Shown here one piece after another: positions 18,485-26,394 of a DNA stretch of 64,000 nt. The stretch is from an uncultured Eubacteriales bacterium. GTDB taxonomy: Bacteria > Bacillota > Clostridia > Oscillospirales > Oscillospiraceae. The stretch is taken from contig URDG01000001.1 of NCBI GenBank assembly GCA_900546515.1, positions 111,049 through 175,048 on the forward strand, given 5' to 3'. Position numbers and translations under genes: made by a program. Position 1 is the first letter of the stretch. Each line of letters opens with the position of its first letter. The notes beneath the pieces were generated by a model. That model made no database searches and was not told the DNA's origin. It saw only the letters and a list, made by a program, of their open reading frames with translations.

Positions 18485-20131
18485 ATGCGTCAAAAATCTG
18501 ATCAGGCAAAACATACTGCCGGCGGGGAAGCAGGGTCGTTTGACACTATCCTCATTATCAGGCTTATCATTGCGTCCATTATTTTCGCAGTATCGCTCAT
18601 CATAAATAAGCTGCCTGGTTTTGTGAGTATTCTGCTGCTTAGTCTCTCGGCCGGCATAGCAGGCTACAACATTTTTCTCGACGCAATTTCTGCTGCCTCG
18701 GAAAAAGACTTTCTATCGACTCCGCTTGTCGTAGTCTTTGTCACTCTGGTCTCATATTTCATTGGCTTCGGCGCCGAAGGGGCAGCGCTCGTGATATTGT
18801 ATCAGATCGGTCTGCTTCTTATCGCTTATGTCGAGGAACGTACTCGCAAGTCTGCGCTTGAGCTGCTGCAATATCAGGATGAGGGTACTATAAACCGTAT
18901 CACGGAGCTTGTCTGCCGCGACAATGCAGGCTCCATGCGCATAGAGGGCGAAATGGGCTACAGTGCAGGCTCTGTGCTCAAGATGGCCATGATATTCGGC
19001 CTTGTCTATGCCGCAGCGCTGCCGATCATCACAAATTACAGCCTGCGTGTATCCATACACAGAGCGCTGACGATAATTCTTATTACGACGCCCATGTCAG
19101 TCGTTATATCCATGCCTTTGACGGGAATATACGCAATGTGCTTCAGCGCAAGGCACGGTGTTGTGTTTGATAACGCTGTGCTTATGGAGACAACTGCCGA
19201 GACTGATATTGCAGTGTTCGACAGTGCGGGTATTTTCAGCGAGGAAAATCCACGTCTGAGTTCGCTCAAATCGGATATTGTCGACGACAATACGTTCATT
19301 ACATTTGCGGCGCATGCGCTGTACTATTCGGATCAGCCTGTCGCAAGGGCGGTCGCCGCTGTGTACACCAATGATTACCGGCTTGAGCTTGTAAAAAACT
19401 TTACTGATATTCCGGGGTATGGCGTTGAGGTCGACATCGGCGGCGCGCATATAGTTCTGGCAACGCGAGAACTTTTCGCAGGGAGGGGAGTGCAGCTTCC
19501 ACCCGAAAAGGCTGTTGACGGTCAGATTTTCTATATGACAGTTGCCGGGAGATATGTCGGCAAGCTTATCACAAGCTCTCAACTGAATTCCGAAGCAGAT
19601 GAGCTTGTCATGGGTATGACCGAGGCCGGTATAAAACGCTGCGTGCTTCTCACGGAAGAGGGCGGCACCGAAAGCCGCAGGATCGCTGAGGAAATGAACT
19701 TCGGCGAGGTTTACGGCGAATGTGATACAGCCAAGAAGCTTCGCGTTGTTTCTGATTTGAAAACCAGCGCAAAAGGTGCAGTGCTGTTTGTTTATTCTTC
19801 GGGAGTAGAGACGCACAGCGCCGCCGACGTGGACATCCGTGTAAACAGGCGCGGAAAATTTGCCGATGTCCTGATTTCTCCGGATTATCTTGCAAACCTT
19901 CCGTTTGCGGTTCAGATATGCCGGCGCATGCGTGAGATCGCGATAGAAAATGCAATTTTTGCATTCGTTGTAAAGGCAATTCTGGTGTTCCTCAGCATAA
20001 TAGGCTACTGCAACATCTGGTTTGCGATATTCATTGACATGGTAGCAGCGGTTGCCACAATTCTGAATTCTGTCCGCGTTACAAGCGAATCACTTATAAG
20101 TGCGTTTCTTTATAAAACCGGCCAGCGCTGA
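18485..20131 (+). CDS. P1B-type ATPase homolog with degenerate catalytic motifs (membrane protein)
   Basis: The transmembrane layout and P/N-domain colinearity match heavy-metal P-type ATPases. However, DKTGT reads DSAGI (19220-19234), the CPC position reads TPM, the HP motif reads DQP, the GDGxND region reads SSGVET, and the actuator domain is reduced to about 30 aa. Confidence 0.6.
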   Translation: MRQKSDQAKHTAGGEAGSFDTILIIRLIIASIIFAVSLIINKLPGFVSILLLSLSAGIAGYNIFLDAISAASEKDFLSTPLVVVFVTLVSYFIGFGAEGAALVILYQIGLLLIAYVEERTRKSALELLQYQDEGTINRITELVCRDNAGSMRIEGEMGYSAGSVLKMAMIFGLVYAAALPIITNYSLRVSIHRALTIILITTPMSVVISMPLTGIYAMCFSARHGVVFDNAVLMETTAETDIAVFDSAGIFSEENPRLSSLKSDIVDDNTFITFAAHALYYSDQPVARAVAAVYTNDYRLELVKNFTDIPGYGVEVDIGGAHIVLATRELFAGRGVQLPPEKAVDGQIFYMTVAGRYVGKLITSSQLNSEADELVMGMTEAGIKRCVLLTEEGGTESRRIAEEMNFGEVYGECDTAKKLRVVSDLKTSAKGAVLFVYSSGVETHSAADVDIRVNRRGKFADVLISPDYLANLPFAVQICRRMREIAIENAIFAFVVKAILVFLSIIGYCNIWFAIFIDMVAAVATILNSVRVTSESLISAFLYKTGQR

Positions 20132-20157
20132 CAGATATACTATCATAAAATAAAGAG

Positions 20158-20199
20158 AAAACCGCGAGGTTATGGTTACATAATCTTCGCGGTTTTTCT
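20158..20199 (+). terminator. Rho-independent terminator after the ATPase-like gene
   Basis: AAAACCGCGA (20158-20167) pairs with TCGCGGTTTT (20187-20196). The T-run runs on through 20197. Confidence 0.7.
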
Positions 20200-20334
20200 A
20201 TAGATAAAAACAGAGAGGGAATTGATAAACCGGTATCCTTGATAAATCGCATCGGCAAGTTTGGTTATGTGCGCACACGCGCAACTTCGCATAATATCAA
20301 TTTAACGAAGTTTACACTTGATTTTAGAGACCGG

Positions 20335-20363
20335 TTGACATATAATTATATTGAAATTATGTT
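20335..20363 (+). promoter_or_regulatory. Sigma-A-type promoter candidate for the recombinase gene
   Basis: TTGACA (20335-20340), 17-nt spacer, TATGTT (20358-20363). Confidence 0.45.
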
Positions 20364-20386
20364 TACTCATTTCCGGAGGGTTTCCA

Positions 20387-21376
20387 ATGAATCTTGACCA
20401 GATCAATGACGTCCCAGACATTCTCATGGAGTTTCTTGAATATCACTCGACCGTGCGCGGTCATTCTGACAAAACCGTATTTGCGTATTACACGGATCTC
20501 AAAATTCTTTTTCGTTATCTCAAACGCCGCCGTCATAATGTCCCGGCAGATACGCCCTTTAATGAGATCGATATTACCGACGTTGACCTTGATTTCATCA
20601 AGGCTATCAAAATTGAGGAGCTTTACAGATACCAGAGCTTTTCTCCAGAATCCGACAGTTCCCTTTCCGCTGCCAGCCGCTGCCGCCGTACTTCGTCAGT
20701 CAAATCTTTTTTTAATTATCTCACGGTAAAACGGCATCTTCTGGAAAATAACGTTTGTCAAGAACTTGACATGCCGAAACGTCAGGCGTCTCTGCCTAAA
20801 TATCTTGAAGAATCCGAATGTGAACGGCTGTTGTCAGCATGCGACGGTAAATATGCATATCGTGATTATGCGATACTGATGCTGTTTCTTTCGTGCGGAC
20901 TGCGCGTGTCGGAGCTTGTGTCTCTCAATCTAACGGATATTTATGACGATCATGTGCGCGTTATCGGCAAAGGCAATAAAGAGCGCGTCGTGTTCTTTGC
21001 GGACGGCTGCCGCGAGGCGCTGGACGATTATCTCGCTGTACGTGACAACGGGAAAATACGCCCTGAAGATAAGAATGCGCTCTTTATAAGCAGCGTCAAT
21101 AGACGCATTACAAGCCGCGGTGTTGAGCAGATGGTGGATAAAAAACTGCTCATTGCCGGGCTGGATGCTTCTAGGTATTCGCCTCATAAACTGCGCCACA
21201 CGGCTGCGACACTCATGCTCAAAAACGGCGTGGATACACGCGCGTTGCAGGAGGTACTCGGCCACAGCAATCTTAATACCACGCAGATATACACCCATCT
21301 TGACAATGCACAGCTGCACGAGGCCGCAATGGCAAATCCCATAGGCCGGAAAAAGAAATCGGAGATCGAGGAGTAA
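20387..21376 (+). CDS. Tyrosine site-specific recombinase, XerC-like
   Basis: The C-terminal catalytic pattern is LRVSE...HKLRHTAATLML...LGHSNLNTTQIYTH. The start is trimmed to MNLDQ..., preceded by GGAGGG. Confidence 0.85.
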   Translation: MNLDQINDVPDILMEFLEYHSTVRGHSDKTVFAYYTDLKILFRYLKRRRHNVPADTPFNEIDITDVDLDFIKAIKIEELYRYQSFSPESDSSLSAASRCRRTSSVKSFFNYLTVKRHLLENNVCQELDMPKRQASLPKYLEESECERLLSACDGKYAYRDYAILMLFLSCGLRVSELVSLNLTDIYDDHVRVIGKGNKERVVFFADGCREALDDYLAVRDNGKIRPEDKNALFISSVNRRITSRGVEQMVDKKLLIAGLDASRYSPHKLRHTAATLMLKNGVDTRALQEVLGHSNLNTTQIYTHLDNAQLHEAAMANPIGRKKKSEIEE

Positions 21377-21381
21377 GCTTT

Positions 21382-23160
21382 TTACAGGACGACGCTTTCT
21401 CCGTCAGCGTTTATATAACCGTTGCGCTCTGCCTTAAGGGCTGCTGTGTCACGTTTTCCGCTCGGCTTCACAGCAAATCCGGTCCGGCATTTATATACAG
21501 CAGGAACTGCATAGTCTTCAAGCAAAGCACGGCAGTTTTCATCTACCCTCTTCACGACAGTTTCAAAGCTTTCAGAGTTGGTGTCATTCAGGATCATGTG
21601 TGCCGCAGGTACAGTAATGCCGTTTATGCTGATGTCAACGACTTCGCAGTCTTTTACCGCCTTGTCCTGTAATATCACGTTTTCTATGTCAAAGTTATAA
21701 ACCGTGGTGTTGTCTGGCGCTATGTAGCAATCAGATGTGCGGCCGAGTACATATACCCATCCGTCCTCATCCACATAGCCAATATCACCTGTGCAGCCCC
21801 ACCGCTTTCCATCCTCAGCAGTGTGGAAGAAAAGTTCTGTTGCAGCGGAATTATTATAGTACATCGCCATTGCAGACGGCGAGACAACGCGCAGCTCCCC
21901 GCGTTCGCCATATTTGAGTTCTTTCCCGGTGTCAGTGTCAAACGCACTCACGGTTACAAACGGCAGTGGAATTCCGGTCGAACCCTGTTTTTCTATGTAT
22001 TCTTCTGCCGTCATATTATTTGTTGTGGTAGTAACTGTTGCTCCAAGCTCACACATTCCCCAGCCTTTGGTCAAAAACTTTTTGCAGTTATGCTCACGCA
22101 GGAACGCATTTATTGCATCCTCAGTTTGAGATAGCAGCTGCTCCCCGCCGGTTATCGGGTAAATCAGGAATGATAGATCCATCTTCTGCAGCGGTTTATA
22201 ATTGACCGAGTGCAGCCACAGGCTTGTTGCTCCAAGCGTAAAATTTGGTTTGAAACGTGCAAGATCATACGCAAAAGTCTCAGGGCTGAATACAGGATCA
22301 AGGATAACAGTCATGCCCATATAAAGCGGCATGAGCATACACACAACATTTCCTGTAGAAAACCACACCGGAACAATGTGCAGGAAACGGCTTTGCCTTG
22401 ACAGCTCTCTTGTCATATATTTATACTGCGTCAGGGTCGCGTTGATTCCATGATTTGTTAGCACAATACCCTTGGATGCACCTGTGGTCCCGGATGAATA
22501 TACCATAACAAACGGCGACGCGGCGTCTCCGGAAACCAATGCTTTTGTGTTTTCTGCACCGTGCTTTATAAAATCGCTCCAGAGTACATACGCTTCTGTT
22601 TTCATTGCTGCGCTCAGTTTATTATCAGGCTTTTCTTTGACGGCTGAAATTATTTTCACCGGAAGCGAGAGCGAATTTGCAGCCGGAATAACTACAATTT
22701 TCTCAATTCCGGTCTGTGATATAACGTCAGAAATGTAAATATACATTTTGTCAAGAACAAAGAGCAGCGTTGCTTTCGTATCATTTATGCGATCCTGAAT
22801 CTGTTCTTTTTCAAAAAGCGGGTTGATAAAGTTCGCTATAGCGCCTATCCTGCTGCACGCCAGCAGCAGATAAACGACCTCCGGCACACCCGCTACGCAG
22901 AAGGCTGCGCACTCTCCTTTTTTCAGTCCATAGGACACAAGCGCATGTGCACAACGTTCGACCTGTTCAAAAAGCTTTTTATACGTTATCTTGCGGCCGT
23001 AGTATTCCAGTGCGATCTCGTCAAGGTGCTCTCTGTTGTTTTCCCAAATATTTTGGTAGACCGTGCAGTCCGGTATCCTTGCGTTGATTGCTTCTTCATC
23101 ATAATACTTCAGCCAGGGCTTGTCTATTGAGGGGTATCCTGTGGTTGTGCATTCACTCAT
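21382..23160 (-). CDS. AMP-dependent synthetase/ligase (acyl-CoA ligase family)
   Basis: AMP-binding motif VYSSGTTGASKGI and later TGDIGYVDEDGWVYVLGR are present. The start is trimmed to MSECTT... (ATG at 23160) because the upstream part of the listed ORF runs through a terminator hairpin. Confidence 0.85.
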   Translation of the reverse strand: MSECTTTGYPSIDKPWLKYYDEEAINARIPDCTVYQNIWENNREHLDEIALEYYGRKITYKKLFEQVERCAHALVSYGLKKGECAAFCVAGVPEVVYLLLACSRIGAIANFINPLFEKEQIQDRINDTKATLLFVLDKMYIYISDVISQTGIEKIVVIPAANSLSLPVKIISAVKEKPDNKLSAAMKTEAYVLWSDFIKHGAENTKALVSGDAASPFVMVYSSGTTGASKGIVLTNHGINATLTQYKYMTRELSRQSRFLHIVPVWFSTGNVVCMLMPLYMGMTVILDPVFSPETFAYDLARFKPNFTLGATSLWLHSVNYKPLQKMDLSFLIYPITGGEQLLSQTEDAINAFLREHNCKKFLTKGWGMCELGATVTTTTNNMTAEEYIEKQGSTGIPLPFVTVSAFDTDTGKELKYGERGELRVVSPSAMAMYYNNSAATELFFHTAEDGKRWGCTGDIGYVDEDGWVYVLGRTSDCYIAPDNTTVYNFDIENVILQDKAVKDCEVVDISINGITVPAAHMILNDTNSESFETVVKRVDENCRALLEDYAVPAVYKCRTGFAVKPSGKRDTAALKAERNGYINADGESVVL

Positions 23161-23175
23161 ATTTCTTTTCTCCCA

Positions 23176-23205
23176 ATAAAAAAGTGCGCAGCCGAAGCTG
23201 CGCAC
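23176..23205 (-). terminator. Leader terminator immediately upstream of the ligase start codon
   Basis: On the minus strand, GUGCGCAGC-UUCG-GCUGCGCAC is followed by UUUUUUAUU. It ends about 16 nt before the RBS (GGGAGAAAAG) and ATG. Confidence 0.75.
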
Positions 23206-23226
23206 GAAAAACGCAGTCTCAGTTGC

Positions 23227-23341
23227 GCCACACAACCATCTGACAATTCGTAAATGCGAATGCAGAAATAGAGCCTGCATTTTTACCAAAAGTAAAAAAC
23301 ACAGCACTCGCTACGAATTGTCCAATATTAGGTTGTGTGGC
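23227..23341 (-). promoter_or_regulatory. Highly structured 5' leader element (riboswitch/attenuator candidate)
   Basis: Two nested perfect 11-bp helices: GCCACACAACC/GGUUGUGUGGC (23331-23341 with 23227-23237) and GACAAUUCGUA/UACGAAUUGUC (23312-23322 with 23242-23252). They enclose two hairpins (UUUUUAC/GUAAAAA and AUGCAG/CUGCAU). The element sits between a promoter and a terminator. Confidence 0.5.
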
Positions 23342-23347
23342 AGAATA

Positions 23348-23376
23348 ATATTATCAAATCCACAGGGAAAAATCAA
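23348..23376 (-). promoter_or_regulatory. Sigma-A-type promoter with extended -10 driving the structured leader
   Basis: Minus strand: TTGATT (23371-23376), 17-nt spacer ending in TGA, TAATAT (23348-23353). Confidence 0.5.
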
Positions 23377-23425
23377 TAGAAAAGTGCGGTCCGAAGTGTT
23401 GTATCTTCGGACCGCACTTATTTTT
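23372..23425 (-). terminator. Rho-independent terminator after the radA-coupled gene
   Basis: AAGTGCGGTCCGAAG (23382-23396) pairs with CTTCGGACCGCACTT (23405-23419), a 15-bp stem. The minus strand continues with UUUUCUAUUGAUUUUU. Confidence 0.8.
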
Positions 23426-23427
23426 AG

Positions 23428-24198
23428 TCAATGCCGCTCAATATTTTCAATTATCTGTATCGCGCTGCCTATATCAAACACCGGCAAGCCGGTCAGATAC
23501 ACGGCATGTACACCGCGTTCTTCGAGGAAATCTAATATACGCGCCTTATCAGAATGCGCATCAAGAGTCCCGGTAAATGCCAAGGCGTCTGTAGACAGCT
23601 TGAAGCCCGCGCCGCCGAGAAATCCGTACTCGAAGCCGTCGAGTGAAACAAAGCCATTGCCTATCAACAGCACGTCAAGCCCGGCAGCCATAGCCGCAGC
23701 AGCAATTCCCCTGTCCTGCGTAATTATCGAGTGCTCGTCAATGGGTAAAACCGAACATTTTGAATAGCCCTGCTTAACAGGCACACCGTAAAAACCGCGG
23801 CCATTCGTTAAACAATCGACAACACGCTTATACGCTGTTTTCTGCCCGTATATAAGGTGTTTTCCGACGGCAGCAATGTTTAGCTGCGCATCGTCCGGGT
23901 ATTTCAAGGATTGTGCGATGTCCGCATAGTGCAGCGAGACGCCAAACGATTCAAGCTGCGCGGCGAACGCTGTCCCGCGCAGATATGGCGCGAGACATAC
24001 CGTCTTCCCGCCAGCATGAAAAACCGACAGATCCGCATGTCCGGACAGTCTGGGATCGACATGCGGATTATCAGGCACATACAGGGGGAAGATACCGCAC
24101 TTCTTTACCGCTTTATCAAGCGCTTTTGAATATTTTTCGCCGATTATAACCACTTTTGCTTTTGACGGGAGGTTAGGCAAATGTACAAACTCAGCCAT
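23428..24198 (-). CDS. Conserved hypothetical protein, possibly a guanidino-modifying-enzyme (GME) fold
   Basis: 256 aa and cytoplasmic. The start overlaps the radA stop by 8 nt. The RLSGHADLSVFH motif recalls amidinotransferase-like folds. The family name is recalled, not verified. Confidence 0.5.
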   Translation of the reverse strand: MAEFVHLPNLPSKAKVVIIGEKYSKALDKAVKKCGIFPLYVPDNPHVDPRLSGHADLSVFHAGGKTVCLAPYLRGTAFAAQLESFGVSLHYADIAQSLKYPDDAQLNIAAVGKHLIYGQKTAYKRVVDCLTNGRGFYGVPVKQGYSKCSVLPIDEHSIITQDRGIAAAAMAAGLDVLLIGNGFVSLDGFEYGFLGGAGFKLSTDALAFTGTLDAHSDKARILDFLEERGVHAVYLTGLPVFDIGSAIQIIENIERH

Positions 24199-25567
24199 TT
24201 TTGCCCAGCACCGCGCGTATAGCTTCTCTTACATTCTTTACGGGTATTACGTCCATTCCGTCAAATTGTTTTACCTCATCCCGTACATGCGCAGGGATAA
24301 CACAGCGCTTGAAGCCCAACCGGGATATTTCTGTGAGCCGCTGATTGAGCGCACTGACAGAACGTACCTCGCCCGAAAGGCCGACCTCGCCGATCGCGGC
24401 AAGGTCAGCGCCCAGCGGACGGTCAAGGTAGCTGGAGGCAATGGCGAGTATCGTCGCAAGGTCTGCTGCAGGCTCATCAAGAAAAAGCCCGCCGATGACG
24501 TTTATGTATGAGTCGCAGTTGGAGACCGGCAGCCCGCCGCGCTTCTCCAGCACTGCCAGCAGCATTGCCGTGCGGTTATAGTCGATGCCGTTGCTGCGCC
24601 GCGCGGCGGAATTGTAACCGGCCTGACACAGAAGCGCCTGAACCTCGGCCAATATCGGCCTGGTTCCCTCTATAACGCAGGCCACGCAAGTCCCCGGACT
24701 ATTCTCGGGCCGGCCTGAGAGCAGCATTTCTGACGGGTTTTCAACGCACCTCAGGCCGTTGTCTGCCATTTCAAAAACGCCGATCTCATTTGTTGAGCCA
24801 AATCTGTTCTTTGCCGCGCGCAGTATTCTGAAGCTGGTGCTGCGCTCGCCTTCGAAGTAAAGCACACAGTCCACCATGTGCTCGAGCACCTTGGGACCTG
24901 CTATACTTCCCTCCTTGTTTATGTGTCCGACCACAAACATGGTCAAACCCTTATCCTTTGTCACACGCATCAGACGCATCGTGCATTCACGTACCTGCGT
25001 GATACTTCCCGGCGCAGAGCTGACCTCCGCGTCGGAGACGGTCTGTATAGAGTCAATGATAACGACGTCAGGCGCGACCTCTCCGATACAGGCTATTATG
25101 CTGTCAATATCAGTCTCTGCGAGCACGTATATATCCCCGCCGATGCCAAGCCTCGTCGCGCGCAGCTTGAGCTGACGCTCGCTCTCTTCGCCTGTGATAT
25201 ACAGCACACGCCGTCCTTTGTCGATCATGCCGCACATTTGCAGCAGCAGCGTAGATTTACCTATGCCCGGCGCGCCGCCCACAAGAACAAGAGCGCCGAC
25301 AACCGCCCCGCCTCCGAGAACACGGTCAAACTCCGAAATGCCGGTAGAGAATCTTATTTCGGCGCTTGTGTCAAGCTCGGATATTTTCTTAGCCGACGGA
25401 ACGGCTGCTCGTGCACCGCGCGCACCTCGTCCTTTTGTGCCGGCGCTGTCGAGCTTGAGCTCCACAAGCGTGTTCCACGCGCCGCAGGCCGGACATTTCC
25501 CGGCCCAGTTCGGCGTTTCATTGCCGCACTCCGAGCAGCAATATACTGTCTTTTGTTTTGCAGCCAT
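24191..25567 (-). CDS. radA: DNA repair protein RadA
   Basis: N-terminal zinc finger CSECGNETPNWAGKCPACGAWN, Walker A GAPGIGKST, KNRFG motif and a C-terminal Lon-like domain. Confidence 0.95.
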   Translation of the reverse strand: MAAKQKTVYCCSECGNETPNWAGKCPACGAWNTLVELKLDSAGTKGRGARGARAAVPSAKKISELDTSAEIRFSTGISEFDRVLGGGAVVGALVLVGGAPGIGKSTLLLQMCGMIDKGRRVLYITGEESERQLKLRATRLGIGGDIYVLAETDIDSIIACIGEVAPDVVIIDSIQTVSDAEVSSAPGSITQVRECTMRLMRVTKDKGLTMFVVGHINKEGSIAGPKVLEHMVDCVLYFEGERSTSFRILRAAKNRFGSTNEIGVFEMADNGLRCVENPSEMLLSGRPENSPGTCVACVIEGTRPILAEVQALLCQAGYNSAARRSNGIDYNRTAMLLAVLEKRGGLPVSNCDSYINVIGGLFLDEPAADLATILAIASSYLDRPLGADLAAIGEVGLSGEVRSVSALNQRLTEISRLGFKRCVIPAHVRDEVKQFDGMDVIPVKNVREAIRAVLGKNG

Positions 25568-25585
25568 TGTTTTTTTCTCCGATTT

Positions 25586-26308
25586 TTATGTATGTTGATT
25601 TCCGTTTACAAATTGCAGATACGTACCCATGAGCACTGTTGAGAGCGCTGTCTGATACCGGCTGTCTGTGAGCTTCGTTATATCCGAATGATTGGACACA
25701 AAACCACATTCAACAAGTATCGCCGGACAGCTGACATTTGAGAGAATGTAGAGATGATTTTTGTCCGGTTCCGCGACGCGCCTGTTCTGCGGGTCAAGGC
25801 AGTTTACAAGATTCGCATGCATCAGCTTGCCGAGAACTTCGCTTTGACCGTTTGACGAATAGAGCACCTGTGCACCGCTCGGCTGCGCCGTCGGATAGCA
25901 GTTCTGGTGTATACTCAGCAATACGGCGTTCGGAGTGGCGTTGACCACATCCGCCCTGTACACGAGCTCGTCGTGCTCGCTGTAAGTCAGGGCGTTTGAA
26001 CCGCGGCTGTCATCCGTGCGTGTCATTACAGCGTTTTTTCCGCAGAATGCAGATACGGCCTGAAGTCTCAGCGCGATGGCAAGGTTTATGTCGCTTTCCT
26101 TTGAACCGTCTGCGCCTATCGCGCCCCCGTCTATGCCGCCGTGTCCCGCATCTATCACAAGCGTGCTCTCTTCCGCGCTGCCTGAGACCGTCTCAGCCTT
26201 AGAGAGGTCAAGGTTCGCGGCAAACGCGGACAGCGCTATAAAAACGGCAAGCGCCGTCACAGCAGCAATGACTTGCTTTTTGTTCACAACAACAAATGAT
26301 CTGGACAT
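25586..26308 (-). CDS. cwlD: N-acetylmuramoyl-L-alanine amidase, CwlD-like
   Basis: An N-terminal membrane anchor is followed by an Amidase_3 pattern: VIDAGHGGIDGGA...ESDINL...SIHQN...VECGF. Confidence 0.8.
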   Translation of the reverse strand: MSRSFVVVNKKQVIAAVTALAVFIALSAFAANLDLSKAETVSGSAEESTLVIDAGHGGIDGGAIGADGSKESDINLAIALRLQAVSAFCGKNAVMTRTDDSRGSNALTYSEHDELVYRADVVNATPNAVLLSIHQNCYPTAQPSGAQVLYSSNGQSEVLGKLMHANLVNCLDPQNRRVAEPDKNHLYILSNVSCPAILVECGFVSNHSDITKLTDSRYQTALSTVLMGTYLQFVNGNQHT

Positions 26309-26394
26309 ATTTTCACCCCACTTAAAGATTGGTGAGGTATGGCTTTATTATATATGCTCTGCCGGTTTTAGTCAAACAAAATGCCTCCGCCGCA

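Noticed and set aside
20340-20367. A dif-like 28-mer (ATATAATTATA-TTGAAA-TTATGTTTACT) upstream of the XerC-like gene.
   Set aside because: The XerD arm deviates at a conserved position (TTATGTTTACT versus TTATGTHAANT). The XerC arm does not end in ATAA. The same bases are better explained as the -35, spacer and -10 of a promoter.
20387-21376. The XerC-like recombinase as an integrase marking a mobile element or invertible switch.
   Set aside because: I found no flanking direct or inverted repeats, no tRNA target, and no phage, plasmid or transposition genes nearby. The domain pattern is the Xer type. I cannot fully exclude a shufflon or invertase role without genome-wide inverted-repeat searches.
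23161-23307. N-terminal extensions of listed ORFs: ligase 23161-23307, cytidylate-kinase-like 11023-11175, livG 12530-12622, sugar transferase 52435-52545, xerD 33662-33706, spoIVA 27874-27894, pfk 17346-17369.
   Set aside because: The extensions run through terminator hairpins or upstream genes. They encode Arg/Cys/Leu-rich junk and have no RBS, whereas an internal Met with a good Shine-Dalgarno matches the conserved protein N-terminus.
24878-25642. A 254-aa plus-strand ORF opposite radA, and similar antisense ORFs opposite livG (11882-12589), livK (15006-15740), pfk (16539-17108) and spoIVA (26671-27294).
   Set aside because: They overlap well-supported conserved genes, lack RBS or promoter context, and their translations look like reverse-frame artefacts.
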